Assembly (NCBI GenBank): GCA_017454815.1
Contig: JAFTCG010000044.1
Coordinates: 2,507-66,506 of the forward strand
Direction of reading: 5' to 3'
DNA from: Clostridia bacterium
Lineage (GTDB): Bacteria > Bacillota > Clostridia > Oscillospirales > Acutalibacteraceae
Length of the DNA: 64,000 bases
Below the pieces are notes generated by a model that worked only from the letters and a program-made list of their open reading frames with translations, did not search any database and had not been told where the DNA came from. Positions 44,354-54,433 of the stretch are shown here, one piece after another. Position 1 is the first letter of the stretch. Each line of letters begins with the position of its first letter. A program made the position numbers and the translations under genes.

Positions 44354-45063
44354 TAATTTCAAAAGAACTGCTTCTCTCGACCGTCAACTCGTTCGGAGTG
44401 AACCCTGACGAAATACAGGTTGAAATGTTTGACAAGTTTGCACAGATACTGATCGAGTGGAACGGCAAATTCAATCTCACGGCGATAAAAACCCCTGACG
44501 AAATCGTGATAAAGCATTTTGTAGATTCTCTTTATATAATGAAAAGCGTCCGATTTGAAGAAAAGCAAAAACTGATTGACGTTGGAACGGGCGCAGGCTT
44601 TCCGGGGCTCCCACTTTTGATAATGAACAACGACCTGGACGTCACATTCCTCGACAGCACAGGAAAAAAGCTGACGTTTATTCAAGCAGTCCTGGACGAG
44701 CTATCGCTCAAGGGTACAACCGTCGTCGGTCGCGCCGAAGAGCTCGGTCAACTCCTCGAACACCGCGAAAGATATGATTTTTCGACTGCAAGAGCTGTTT
44801 CAGAACTGAAAATCGGCGCGGAATTGTGCCTCCCTCTCACAAAAAAAGGCGGAACTTTCATCGCAATGAAGGGGGCAAAAGCGTTTGAAGAAGCGAACGA
44901 AGCAAAAAATGCGATGAAAACGCTCGGAGGAGAGATCGTTGGAAAAGATACCATCGAACTGCCCTCCGCAGGCGAAAGAACTGTGTTCATTATTAAAAAA
45001 ATATCGCAAACTCCGACAAAATATCCCCGAAATTATTCTCAAATCAGTAAACATCCGCTCTGA
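44350..45063 (+). CDS. rsmG: 16S rRNA m7G527 methyltransferase RsmG (GidB)
   Basis: DVGTGAGFPGLPL SAM motif. 4-nt overlap with mnmG. Confidence 0.9.
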   Translation: MIISKELLLSTVNSFGVNPDEIQVEMFDKFAQILIEWNGKFNLTAIKTPDEIVIKHFVDSLYIMKSVRFEEKQKLIDVGTGAGFPGLPLLIMNNDLDVTFLDSTGKKLTFIQAVLDELSLKGTTVVGRAEELGQLLEHRERYDFSTARAVSELKIGAELCLPLTKKGGTFIAMKGAKAFEEANEAKNAMKTLGGEIVGKDTIELPSAGERTVFIIKKISQTPTKYPRNYSQISKHPL

Positions 45064-45079
45064 AAATGTAGTTTTTTGT

Positions 45080-45095
45080 CGTTTCACGTGGAACA
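45080..45095. promoter_or_regulatory. parS site (one mismatch) in the rsmG/parB-like spacer
   Basis: CGTTTCACGTGGAACA, whose reverse complement is TGTTCCACGTGAAACG. Only the last base deviates from the consensus. Confidence 0.7.
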
Positions 45096-45174
45096 ATGAC
45101 GATTTTTTTAGCTGGACAAACCTCCGGAAATGGTGTAACCTGTAATCAAAGGACACCGACCGGAGGTTTTATTG

Positions 45175-45975
45175 ATGTATTTTTCACGCAGCTCGGAGAT
45201 CGTGCTGCTGCCTGTTGAAAGCATTGTTCCGTCCCTGAAGCAACCTCGCAAAAACTTTGACAGGAGGGAACTTGAAGGACTGTCAAACAGCATTATTGAA
45301 AACGGTCTTCTGCAGCCGATAACGGTAAGGCCTCTGAAAAACAATGAATACGAGATCGTGGCAGGGGAGCGGCGCTACAGGGCGAGCGTGATGGCAGGAA
45401 TCACTCACATCCCTTCGGTAATAATCGAAAGCTCTGACGAGCGTTCGGCACTGCTTTCCCTTGCGGAAAACATTCAGCGAGAGGATCTCAACTTTTTTGA
45501 AGAGGCTTTTGCCGTTGAGCGATTGATAAAAACGTATTCCTACAGCGTTGAATATATTGCTTCGGTTTTGGGAAAAGAGCCTGACGGAGTGTCGGAAATG
45601 CTGAAATTGCTCAGTTTTTCGTGCGAACAGCAAAAAAAGATGGTCGAAAACGGTCTTACACAGCGTCATGCAACGTCACTTTTACGATTGACCGAAAAAG
45701 ATGACGTTGACAAGGCTCTGGACGAGATAATCGGAAAAAACCTTGACGTTTCGGAGACTAACGAGCTTGTTGACATGATCTGCGACGAAAAATCACAATC
45801 TAAAAAGCGAAAAACACGTATGTTTTTTAAGGATTTGAAGCTATTTATCAACACTCTTGACCACACGGTCGCCACGATGAACCGGTCGGGGATAGCGGCG
45901 CAAAAAGACCGTTTTGAAAACGACTCATACATAAAGTATACCGTCACTATCCCGAAAACAACCCACAAGTTATAA
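45175..45975 (+). CDS. ParB/Noc-family protein (Spo0J paralogue)
   Basis: ParB N-terminal domain with LLQPITVRP and the CTP-motif GERRYRAS, then an HTH region. Lacks the GLGKG N-terminal peptide seen in the downstream ParB. Noc identity is not proven. Confidence 0.8.
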   Translation: MYFSRSSEIVLLPVESIVPSLKQPRKNFDRRELEGLSNSIIENGLLQPITVRPLKNNEYEIVAGERRYRASVMAGITHIPSVIIESSDERSALLSLAENIQREDLNFFEEAFAVERLIKTYSYSVEYIASVLGKEPDGVSEMLKLLSFSCEQQKKMVENGLTQRHATSLLRLTEKDDVDKALDEIIGKNLDVSETNELVDMICDEKSQSKKRKTRMFFKDLKLFINTLDHTVATMNRSGIAAQKDRFENDSYIKYTVTIPKTTHKL

Positions 45976-46039
45976 AGTCACGAAAGTGATTTTATATAAA
46001 CCCATATCTTTCTCTTTCACACCCCACATCCACAGCAGG

Positions 46040-46068
46040 AGCTCCGCCAATTAACCGGCGGAGCTTTT
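46040..46068 (+). terminator. Terminator after the parB-like gene
   Basis: AGCTCCGCC-AATTAACC-GGCGGAGCT followed by TTT. Confidence 0.7.
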
Positions 46069-46382
46069 GCGTTACGCGCTTATTTTCTATTTTAGAATTA
46101 TGAGCATATTTAATTTGTATTTTTGCATAAAAAACGCTTTTTATTTTTCTTCTTTTCTCCTCTTTTTTTAAATTATTTTAGTATAATCTCTTTCATTTTA
46201 ATTTAAAGTATGATATAATTGTACAGTATATATGTGTATTAGTGGGTAATTATGCCCTTATGTTAATTTTGGTGTCGGATTGAAAAACTACACGATGACA
46301 CAAAAAAACAAAATAAACACCGTATTTTCGTATTTTTTGATTTTTTCGATTTATCCGAATCGTTATGTTAAGAGGGTTTTTT

Positions 46383-47150
46383 ATGGGAAAAACTGTTTGC
46401 GTAATCAACCAAAAGGGCGGCGTCGGGAAAACCACGACCGCCGTCAACCTTGCCGCCTCCGTGGGAATGAAAGGTTACAGGACGCTCCTTGTCGACATCG
46501 ATCCGCAGGGGAACGCAACGAGCGGTTTCGGCATCAACAAAAGAAAACTCGATCTTTCTTCTTACGATCTGCTGACAAAGAATGCAAAAGCGAAAGATAT
46601 TACCGTCAAAACGGAGTTCAAAAACGTCAACGTTATCCCTTCGAGCATCGATCTTGCGGGCGCGGAAATAGAGCTGATAAACATGCCGTCGCGCGAATCG
46701 AATCTCAAAACGGCGCTGTCGCTGATAAAAGACGATTACGACTTCATCTTTCTCGACTGTCCTCCGTCGCTCGGGTTGATAACGATCAATTCGCTCGTCG
46801 CGTGCGATCTTGTGCTGATCCCGATTCAGTGCGAATATTATGCGCTTGAAGGATTGTCCCAGCTCGTTGCGACGATAAGGCAAGTAAAGAATCTTTACAA
46901 CAAGTACATCGACATCGACGGAATCGTCCTGACCATGTACGACGGCAGGCTTAACCTGACACAGCAGGTTGTCGAAGAAGTTAAAAAATATTTTCCGAAA
47001 AAAGTTTATTCTTCTTTCATACCCCGCAACGTGCGTATTTCCGAAGCACCGAGTTACGGCTGCCCGGTTATCTATTATGACAAAAAATCTAAAGGCTCGG
47101 AAGCATATTTGTCCCTTGCGGATGAATTTATCAAAAAAAATAAACTGTAG
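46383..47150 (+). CDS. soj: Chromosome partitioning ATPase ParA/Soj
   Basis: Deviant Walker A NQKGGVGKTTT. ATG at 46383 lies 7 nt after GAGGG. Confidence 0.95.
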   Translation: MGKTVCVINQKGGVGKTTTAVNLAASVGMKGYRTLLVDIDPQGNATSGFGINKRKLDLSSYDLLTKNAKAKDITVKTEFKNVNVIPSSIDLAGAEIELINMPSRESNLKTALSLIKDDYDFIFLDCPPSLGLITINSLVACDLVLIPIQCEYYALEGLSQLVATIRQVKNLYNKYIDIDGIVLTMYDGRLNLTQQVVEEVKKYFPKKVYSSFIPRNVRISEAPSYGCPVIYYDKKSKGSEAYLSLADEFIKKNKL

Positions 47151-47164
47151 AGGAGGTTGTGCCA

Positions 47165-48019
47165 ATGGCTGTAAAAAAAGGCGGATTGGGAAAAGGTTTC
47201 AACTCGCTTTTTATTGAGAACTCAGTTGATGACATTTCAGTCGGTTCAACCAATAAGATCAAAATAATCGACATTGTGACAAACAGTCAACAACCGAGAA
47301 AAAAATTTGACGAGGAAGCCCTCTCGGAGCTTTCAAAAAGCATTTCCGAACACGGAGTGCTCCAGCCAATACTTGTAAGGCCACTGTCCGACGGAACTTA
47401 TCAGATCGTTGCCGGCGAGAGAAGGTGGCGCGCTTCAAGGATGGCAGGGCTGACGGAGATCCCGGCGGTCGTGCGTGATATGACGCCTGAACAGGCGATG
47501 TCTTTCGCTTTGATCGAAAATCTTCAAAGAGAAGACCTTGACCCGATCGAAGAAGCCGAAGGAATCGACCTGCTGATCAAAAAATTTGACCTGACTCAAG
47601 AACAAGTCAGCGAAAAAATCGGCAAATCAAGAAGTGCGATTGCAAATTCATTGAGGTTGCTGAAACTTCCCGACAAAGTCAAAAAGCTACTGACGGACAA
47701 CGTCATCACCGTCGGGCACGCAAAGGCGCTGCTCGCAATAGAAGACGAAAAGCTGATGTCGGAAGCCTCAAAAACCGTCGTTGAACAATCGCTGTCGGTA
47801 CGGCAAACGGAAGCTCTTGTAAAAAAACTGCTTTCGCAGAAAAAACAAACGAAAAAACAAAACGCAAAACGTGACGTTTTTTACGACGAAGCCCAGCTTG
47901 CTTTGAGTGAAAATCTCGGCAGAAAAGTTCAGATAACCTGCACTAAAGACAAAGGCACTTTAAGAATCGAATTTTTCGACAAAGAAGACCTTAAAAAACT
48001 AATAAAATCATTTGAATAA
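47165..48019 (+). CDS. spo0J: Chromosome partitioning protein ParB/Spo0J
   Basis: GLGKGFNSLF, LQPILVRP, GERRWRAS, HTH. ATG at 47165 lies 8 nt after GGAGG. Confidence 0.95.
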   Translation: MAVKKGGLGKGFNSLFIENSVDDISVGSTNKIKIIDIVTNSQQPRKKFDEEALSELSKSISEHGVLQPILVRPLSDGTYQIVAGERRWRASRMAGLTEIPAVVRDMTPEQAMSFALIENLQREDLDPIEEAEGIDLLIKKFDLTQEQVSEKIGKSRSAIANSLRLLKLPDKVKKLLTDNVITVGHAKALLAIEDEKLMSEASKTVVEQSLSVRQTEALVKKLLSQKKQTKKQNAKRDVFYDEAQLALSENLGRKVQITCTKDKGTLRIEFFDKEDLKKLIKSFE

Positions 48020-48037
48020 AAAATTGGAGGAAAAATC

Positions 48038-49315
48038 ATGCTCGACATAAAAGTAATCAGAGAAAATCCCGAAAAAGTAAAAGCCGCAATGAAAACAAGA
48101 AACAAGGACATGGACGCATTAGTCGACGAAGTCCTTGAAATCGATAAAGAGCGCCGCGCTATTATGACGAAAACCGACGCCCTTAAGCAGGAACAGAATC
48201 AAGCGAGCAAAACAATTCCGCAAATCAAAAAAGAGGGCGGCGATATCTCCGAGATAATGAAAAAAATGAATGAAATCAAGGAGATAATTAAACAAAACGA
48301 CGCTTTGATTTCCGAGCTCGACAGCAAGCAAAAAAATATCATGTATGAATTTCCGAACATTCCGCACGAATCCACTCCGATCGGAAAAGACGACTCCGAA
48401 AACGTCGAGATCCGAAAATGGGGAGAAGTCAGAAACTTCGGTTTTGAGCCGAAAGCTCACTGGGATCTCGGAAACGATCTCGGTATCCTCGACCCCGAAA
48501 CAGCTGCAAAAGTCACCGGAACAAGATTCCATTTTTACAAGGGAATGGGCGCAAAGCTCGAAAGAGCCATCGTGAGCTTCTTCCTTGACACCCACGCAGA
48601 GAGCGGATACACGGAGATCCTTCCTCCTTTTATCGTAAACCGCGCTTCCATGACAGGCACGGGCCAGCTTCCGAAGTTTGAAGAAGACGCTTTCAAAACC
48701 AACAACGACTGCTTCCTTATTCCGACGGCGGAAGTACCCGTCACAAATATGCACAGAGATGAAATCCTCGACGGTAATAAACTTCCCATCAAATACTGCG
48801 CATATTCCGCATGTTTCAGAGCGGAGGCGGGCAGCGCCGGAAGAGATACAAGAGGTCTCATCAGACAGCATCAATTTAATAAAGTCGAGCTTGTTAAATT
48901 TGTTGACCCCGAGACTTCCTACGACGAGCTTGAAAAACTTACTCTCGACGCCCAGAAAGTTCTCCAGCTTCTCGGGCTTCCTCACAGAGTCGTTGCTCTT
49001 AGCACCGGCGACATTGGTTTTTCGTCCGCAAAAACTTACGACATCGAGGTCTGGATGCCTTCTTACAACAGATACGTTGAAATTTCCTCGTGCTCCAACT
49101 TTGAAGATTTTCAGGCAAGACGCGCATCCATCAGGTTTAAAAAAGACGCCAAAGCAAAAGCCCAGCTTGTCCACACTCTCAACGGCTCCGGCGTTGCAGT
49201 CGGCAGGACTACAGCGGCGATCCTTGAAAACTATCAGAACGAAGACGGCAGCGTGACCGTACCCGAAGTTCTCAGAATATATCTCGGAACCGACGTAATT
49301 AAACCCGAAAAATAA
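48038..49315 (+). CDS. serS: Seryl-tRNA synthetase
   Basis: Coiled-coil N-terminus and class II motifs ([29 protein letters not shown]). Lies only 18 nt after parB. Confidence 0.95.
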   Translation: MLDIKVIRENPEKVKAAMKTRNKDMDALVDEVLEIDKERRAIMTKTDALKQEQNQASKTIPQIKKEGGDISEIMKKMNEIKEIIKQNDALISELDSKQKNIMYEFPNIPHESTPIGKDDSENVEIRKWGEVRNFGFEPKAHWDLGNDLGILDPETAAKVTGTRFHFYKGMGAKLERAIVSFFLDTHAESGYTEILPPFIVNRASMTGTGQLPKFEEDAFKTNNDCFLIPTAEVPVTNMHRDEILDGNKLPIKYCAYSACFRAEAGSAGRDTRGLIRQHQFNKVELVKFVDPETSYDELEKLTLDAQKVLQLLGLPHRVVALSTGDIGFSSAKTYDIEVWMPSYNRYVEISSCSNFEDFQARRASIRFKKDAKAKAQLVHTLNGSGVAVGRTTAAILENYQNEDGSVTVPEVLRIYLGTDVIKPEK

Positions 49316-49323
49316 CGGAAAAA

Positions 49324-49402
49324 TTTTCCATAGTTTTTTAAACTTTCCACATCATGTTTTCCACAGTTTTCCATGTTAAAAATTTATCAGAATTTTTCCA
49401 CA
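49324..49402 (+). promoter_or_regulatory. Array of five co-oriented DnaA-box-like 9-mers
   Basis: TTTTCCATA (49324-32), CTTTCCACA (49343-51), TTTTCCACA (49357-65), TTTTCCATG (49367-75) and TTTTCCACA (49394-402), compared with the consensus TTATCCACA. Confidence 0.65.
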
Positions 49403-49479
49403 GTTTTTTCCTAATATTTTTCAACTTTTTAAAACTGCAAAACATGCCGGTGTTATTACCTCCGGAGAGTTTTTAACAC

Positions 49480-49560
49480 ATTCAACACCCCCTAATATTA
49501 CTAATAAAAAAGTTTATTTGTTTTTTGTTTTTAAATCTTTTGTTTTTAAAAAATCAACGA
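49480..49560 (+). other. AT-rich DUE-like tract with tandem 13-mers
   Basis: TTTTGTTTTTAAA occurs at 49523-35 and again at 49538-50, inside a stretch that looks >80% A+T by eye, between the DnaA boxes and dnaN. Confidence 0.45.
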
Positions 49561-49598
49561 AAGGAAAATCTCAAAAACATTTTGAGAAAAATAATATT

Positions 49599-50714
49599 AT
49601 GAAAGTTATTTGTCAAACGCAACAACTGTCAGAGGCTTGCCAGATAATTCAAAGATCCGTTTCACCGAAAACTTCCATTCCTGCTCTTGAAGGTATTTTG
49701 CTAAAAGCTTTGGGAGACGAGTTGATTCTGACCGGATACGACATGGATCTCGGAATAAACACATCTATCGGCGCGAGAGTAAACGAACCCGGCAGCATCA
49801 TACTGAACGCTAAAACGCTTTGCGACATTTTGAGATACCTTCCCGGAGAAACCGTTGTAATTGAAAAACAGGATGAAAGATTCAAATATATGATCAGGAG
49901 CGGCGATACAGAATACATGATCCTCGGCATAGATGCGGCTGATTATCCGGAGCTTCCGAAGATAGAAGACAGCTATCCCGTTGTAGTCGAACAGGTAAAG
50001 CTTCGCGAGATGGTAAGGCAGACGATTTTTGCAGTCGCGATCAACGACAGCACAAAAGTTGTGCATACGGGAATCAAATTTGAAATCACGAGCGGAAATG
50101 TCAGGCTCGTTGCGCTCGACGGATTCAGACTTGCGATCAGAAACGAAGAAATAGATTACGACGGAGAAGATATTTCCTTTATAGTTCCGTCTAAAACTCT
50201 TTCAGAGATTGTAAAAATTATGAACGACGAAGAAGGAACTGTATCCATCAGCGTCGGAAAAAGACATATAATTTTTGAAATAGGGGATTACTATATTATT
50301 TCAAGACTTCTCGAAGGAGAATTTTTGAATTATAAAACCGCTATTCCGCTCAACTGCTCAACCACTGTAAAAGTTTCAACAAAAAATATGATAGATTGTA
50401 TTGAAAGAACGTCTCTCATTATTACCGACAAAATCAAAAGCCCGATCAAATGCAATTTTGCGGACAACATGATTCAGATCTCGTCCGTCACTTCGATCGG
50501 AACGGCTCACGACAGGATTGCGGCTGAGATCGAAGGCAACAACATCGAGATAGGATTTAACAACAAATTTCTTCTTGATGCGCTCAAAGTCAGCAACGTC
50601 GACGAAGTCAAAATCGAACTCAACGGACCGACTTCTCCGATACTCATTCTCGATCCGGAAAGCGATAAATTTTTGTTCCTCGTTTTGCCCGTGAGGTTAA
50701 AAAATGAAAATTAA
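49599..50714 (+). CDS. dnaN: DNA polymerase III beta sliding clamp
   Basis: MKVICQTQQLSEACQIIQRSVS...; about 372 aa with three-domain clamp similarity. The upstream ORF extension from 49518 is AT-rich and lacks an RBS. Confidence 0.95.
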   Translation: MKVICQTQQLSEACQIIQRSVSPKTSIPALEGILLKALGDELILTGYDMDLGINTSIGARVNEPGSIILNAKTLCDILRYLPGETVVIEKQDERFKYMIRSGDTEYMILGIDAADYPELPKIEDSYPVVVEQVKLREMVRQTIFAVAINDSTKVVHTGIKFEITSGNVRLVALDGFRLAIRNEEIDYDGEDISFIVPSKTLSEIVKIMNDEEGTVSISVGKRHIIFEIGDYYIISRLLEGEFLNYKTAIPLNCSTTVKVSTKNMIDCIERTSLIITDKIKSPIKCNFADNMIQISSVTSIGTAHDRIAAEIEGNNIEIGFNNKFLLDALKVSNVDEVKIELNGPTSPILILDPESDKFLFLVLPVRLKNEN

Positions 50715-50943
50715 AGTCAGAGTTGTACAAAAGCCGGAACAACCCGTAAAAATAGAAACCGAATACATAAGGCTTGATTCGTTTTTGAAAATGTGCGACG
50801 CAGTTCAGAGCGGCGGTCATGCCAAGATGGTGATCCAGGACGGTGAAGTAAAGGTCAACGGCGAAGTTTGTACGATGAGAGGAAAAAAACTCAGGCCAGA
50901 CGACAAGGTTGAGTTTGAAAAGAAAATTTATATTGTCGAATAA
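50704..50943 (+). CDS. yaaA: S4-domain RNA-binding protein YaaA
   Basis: 79 aa. IRLDSFLKMCDAVQSGGHAKMVIQDGEVKVNGEV is a typical S4 fold, in the conserved dnaN-yaaA-recF position. Confidence 0.8.
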   Translation: MKIKVRVVQKPEQPVKIETEYIRLDSFLKMCDAVQSGGHAKMVIQDGEVKVNGEVCTMRGKKLRPDDKVEFEKKIYIVE

Positions 50944-50946
50944 ACT

Positions 50947-52047
50947 ATGAACATAAACAGATTTTACGCCGAGCAATTCAGAAATCTTTATGAAATCGAA
51001 ATTGATCCATGCGACGGAGTGAACATGATCTTCGGTGAAAACGGCCAGGGAAAAACGAATGTCATTGAAGGCATCTGGATGTTTACGGGATTCAAAAGCT
51101 TTCGCACAAAAAAGAACAATGAACTTATTCCCCACGAGAAAGATTTTTACAACATTTATCTCGACTTTTTTGCCGAAAACAGGGATCAGAATTTTCAGAT
51201 AAAATCCACCAGAGATTTGCAGGAAGTATATAAAAATAAAGTCAAAGCGGTCTCAACAAGAAGCATGATCGGCGATTTTTTTGCAGTAGTGTTTTCGCCG
51301 TTTCATCTTAATCTGATAAAAGGCGGCCCCGACGAAAGAAGAAGATTTCTCGACATCGCGATCAGCCAGACGGATCCGGCTTATGCGAGAAATCTGAGCG
51401 AGTATTACAAAATTCTTCGTCAGAAAAACGCCGTGCTGAAAAACGTTGAAGAAAAAAATATCGACCGTGATTATCTCGACGTCTGGGACGAAAGCCTTTC
51501 AAAAGTCGGAGCTTCGATCATCAAAAAAAGAGAAAGCTATATCGAAAAACTGAAGTTTTCCGCAACCGAATGCTATGCGGGAATTTCGGGCAAAAAAGAG
51601 GAGCTTTCGATCGGTTATATCCTTTCCGGGTTCGAGGGCGAAAACAGCGAAGAAGATTGCGCTGCGATACTGCTTGAGCTTTTAAAAAATTCAAGGGAGA
51701 TCGACATCAAGCGAAAATTTACTTCAAAAGGCCCTCACAGGGATGATATCGAAATCAGGCTTAATTCAAAGAATATCAGAAACTTCGGCTCACAGGGACA
51801 ACAGCGTTCGGCGGCTCTTTCGCTGAAGCTTGCCGAAGCGTATATCATCAACGAAATGAAGCTGGAAAAACCGGTAGCTTTGCTTGACGACGTGATGAGC
51901 GAGCTCGACGTTTCAAGGCAGAACTACATTCTCAACGAGCTGAAGGATTGGCAGGTTTTCATCACCTGCTGCGAGCCGACTCAGGTCATCAGGATGAAAA
52001 GCGGAAAAAGCTTTGAGATCAAAGACGGACAATTGTTGCGGGGATGA
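50947..52047 (+). CDS. recF: DNA replication/repair protein RecF
   Basis: Walker A GENGQGKTN, signature GSQGQQRS and LLDDVMSELD. Confidence 0.95.
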   Translation: MNINRFYAEQFRNLYEIEIDPCDGVNMIFGENGQGKTNVIEGIWMFTGFKSFRTKKNNELIPHEKDFYNIYLDFFAENRDQNFQIKSTRDLQEVYKNKVKAVSTRSMIGDFFAVVFSPFHLNLIKGGPDERRRFLDIAISQTDPAYARNLSEYYKILRQKNAVLKNVEEKNIDRDYLDVWDESLSKVGASIIKKRESYIEKLKFSATECYAGISGKKEELSIGYILSGFEGENSEEDCAAILLELLKNSREIDIKRKFTSKGPHRDDIEIRLNSKNIRNFGSQGQQRSAALSLKLAEAYIINEMKLEKPVALLDDVMSELDVSRQNYILNELKDWQVFITCCEPTQVIRMKSGKSFEIKDGQLLRG

Positions 52048-52051
52048 AAAA

Positions 52052-52315
52052 ATGTATCTTCATATCGGACAGGAAACAACAATAAAAACGCAGGACATTA
52101 TCGCGGTCTTTGATCTTGACACTTCGACCGTTTCCAAAGCGACGCGCGACTACCTTTCAAAAATGGAGAAAGAAAAAAGAGTCGTTACAGTGAGCTATGA
52201 ACTGCCGAAATCGTTCATTTTAACACAAAACGAAAAGCAGGGAGAGCTTATCTTCCTGTCGCAGCTTTCTTCACAGACGATTCTGAAAAGAGCTGAGAAA
52301 AAATCATTTTTATAA
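52052..52315 (+). CDS. remB: DUF370 protein (RemB/YaaB-like)
   Basis: MYLHIGQETTIKTQDIIAVFDLD...; conserved small gene between recF and gyrB. Confidence 0.8.
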   Translation: MYLHIGQETTIKTQDIIAVFDLDTSTVSKATRDYLSKMEKEKRVVTVSYELPKSFILTQNEKQGELIFLSQLSSQTILKRAEKKSFL

Positions 52316-52346
52316 CGCAAACTTAAATCGTAAAAAATTCATTTGA

Positions 52347-54416
<2,070 letters not shown>

Positions 54417-54433
54417 CGAAAGGAGCGGGAAAA

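Noticed and set aside
48020-48037. A search for T-box leaders upstream of serS, hisS (56951-56964) and aspS (58273-58281).
   Set aside because: These intergenic gaps are 9-18 nt, which is far too short for a ~200-nt T-box. The absence is reported as an observation, and no feature is called.
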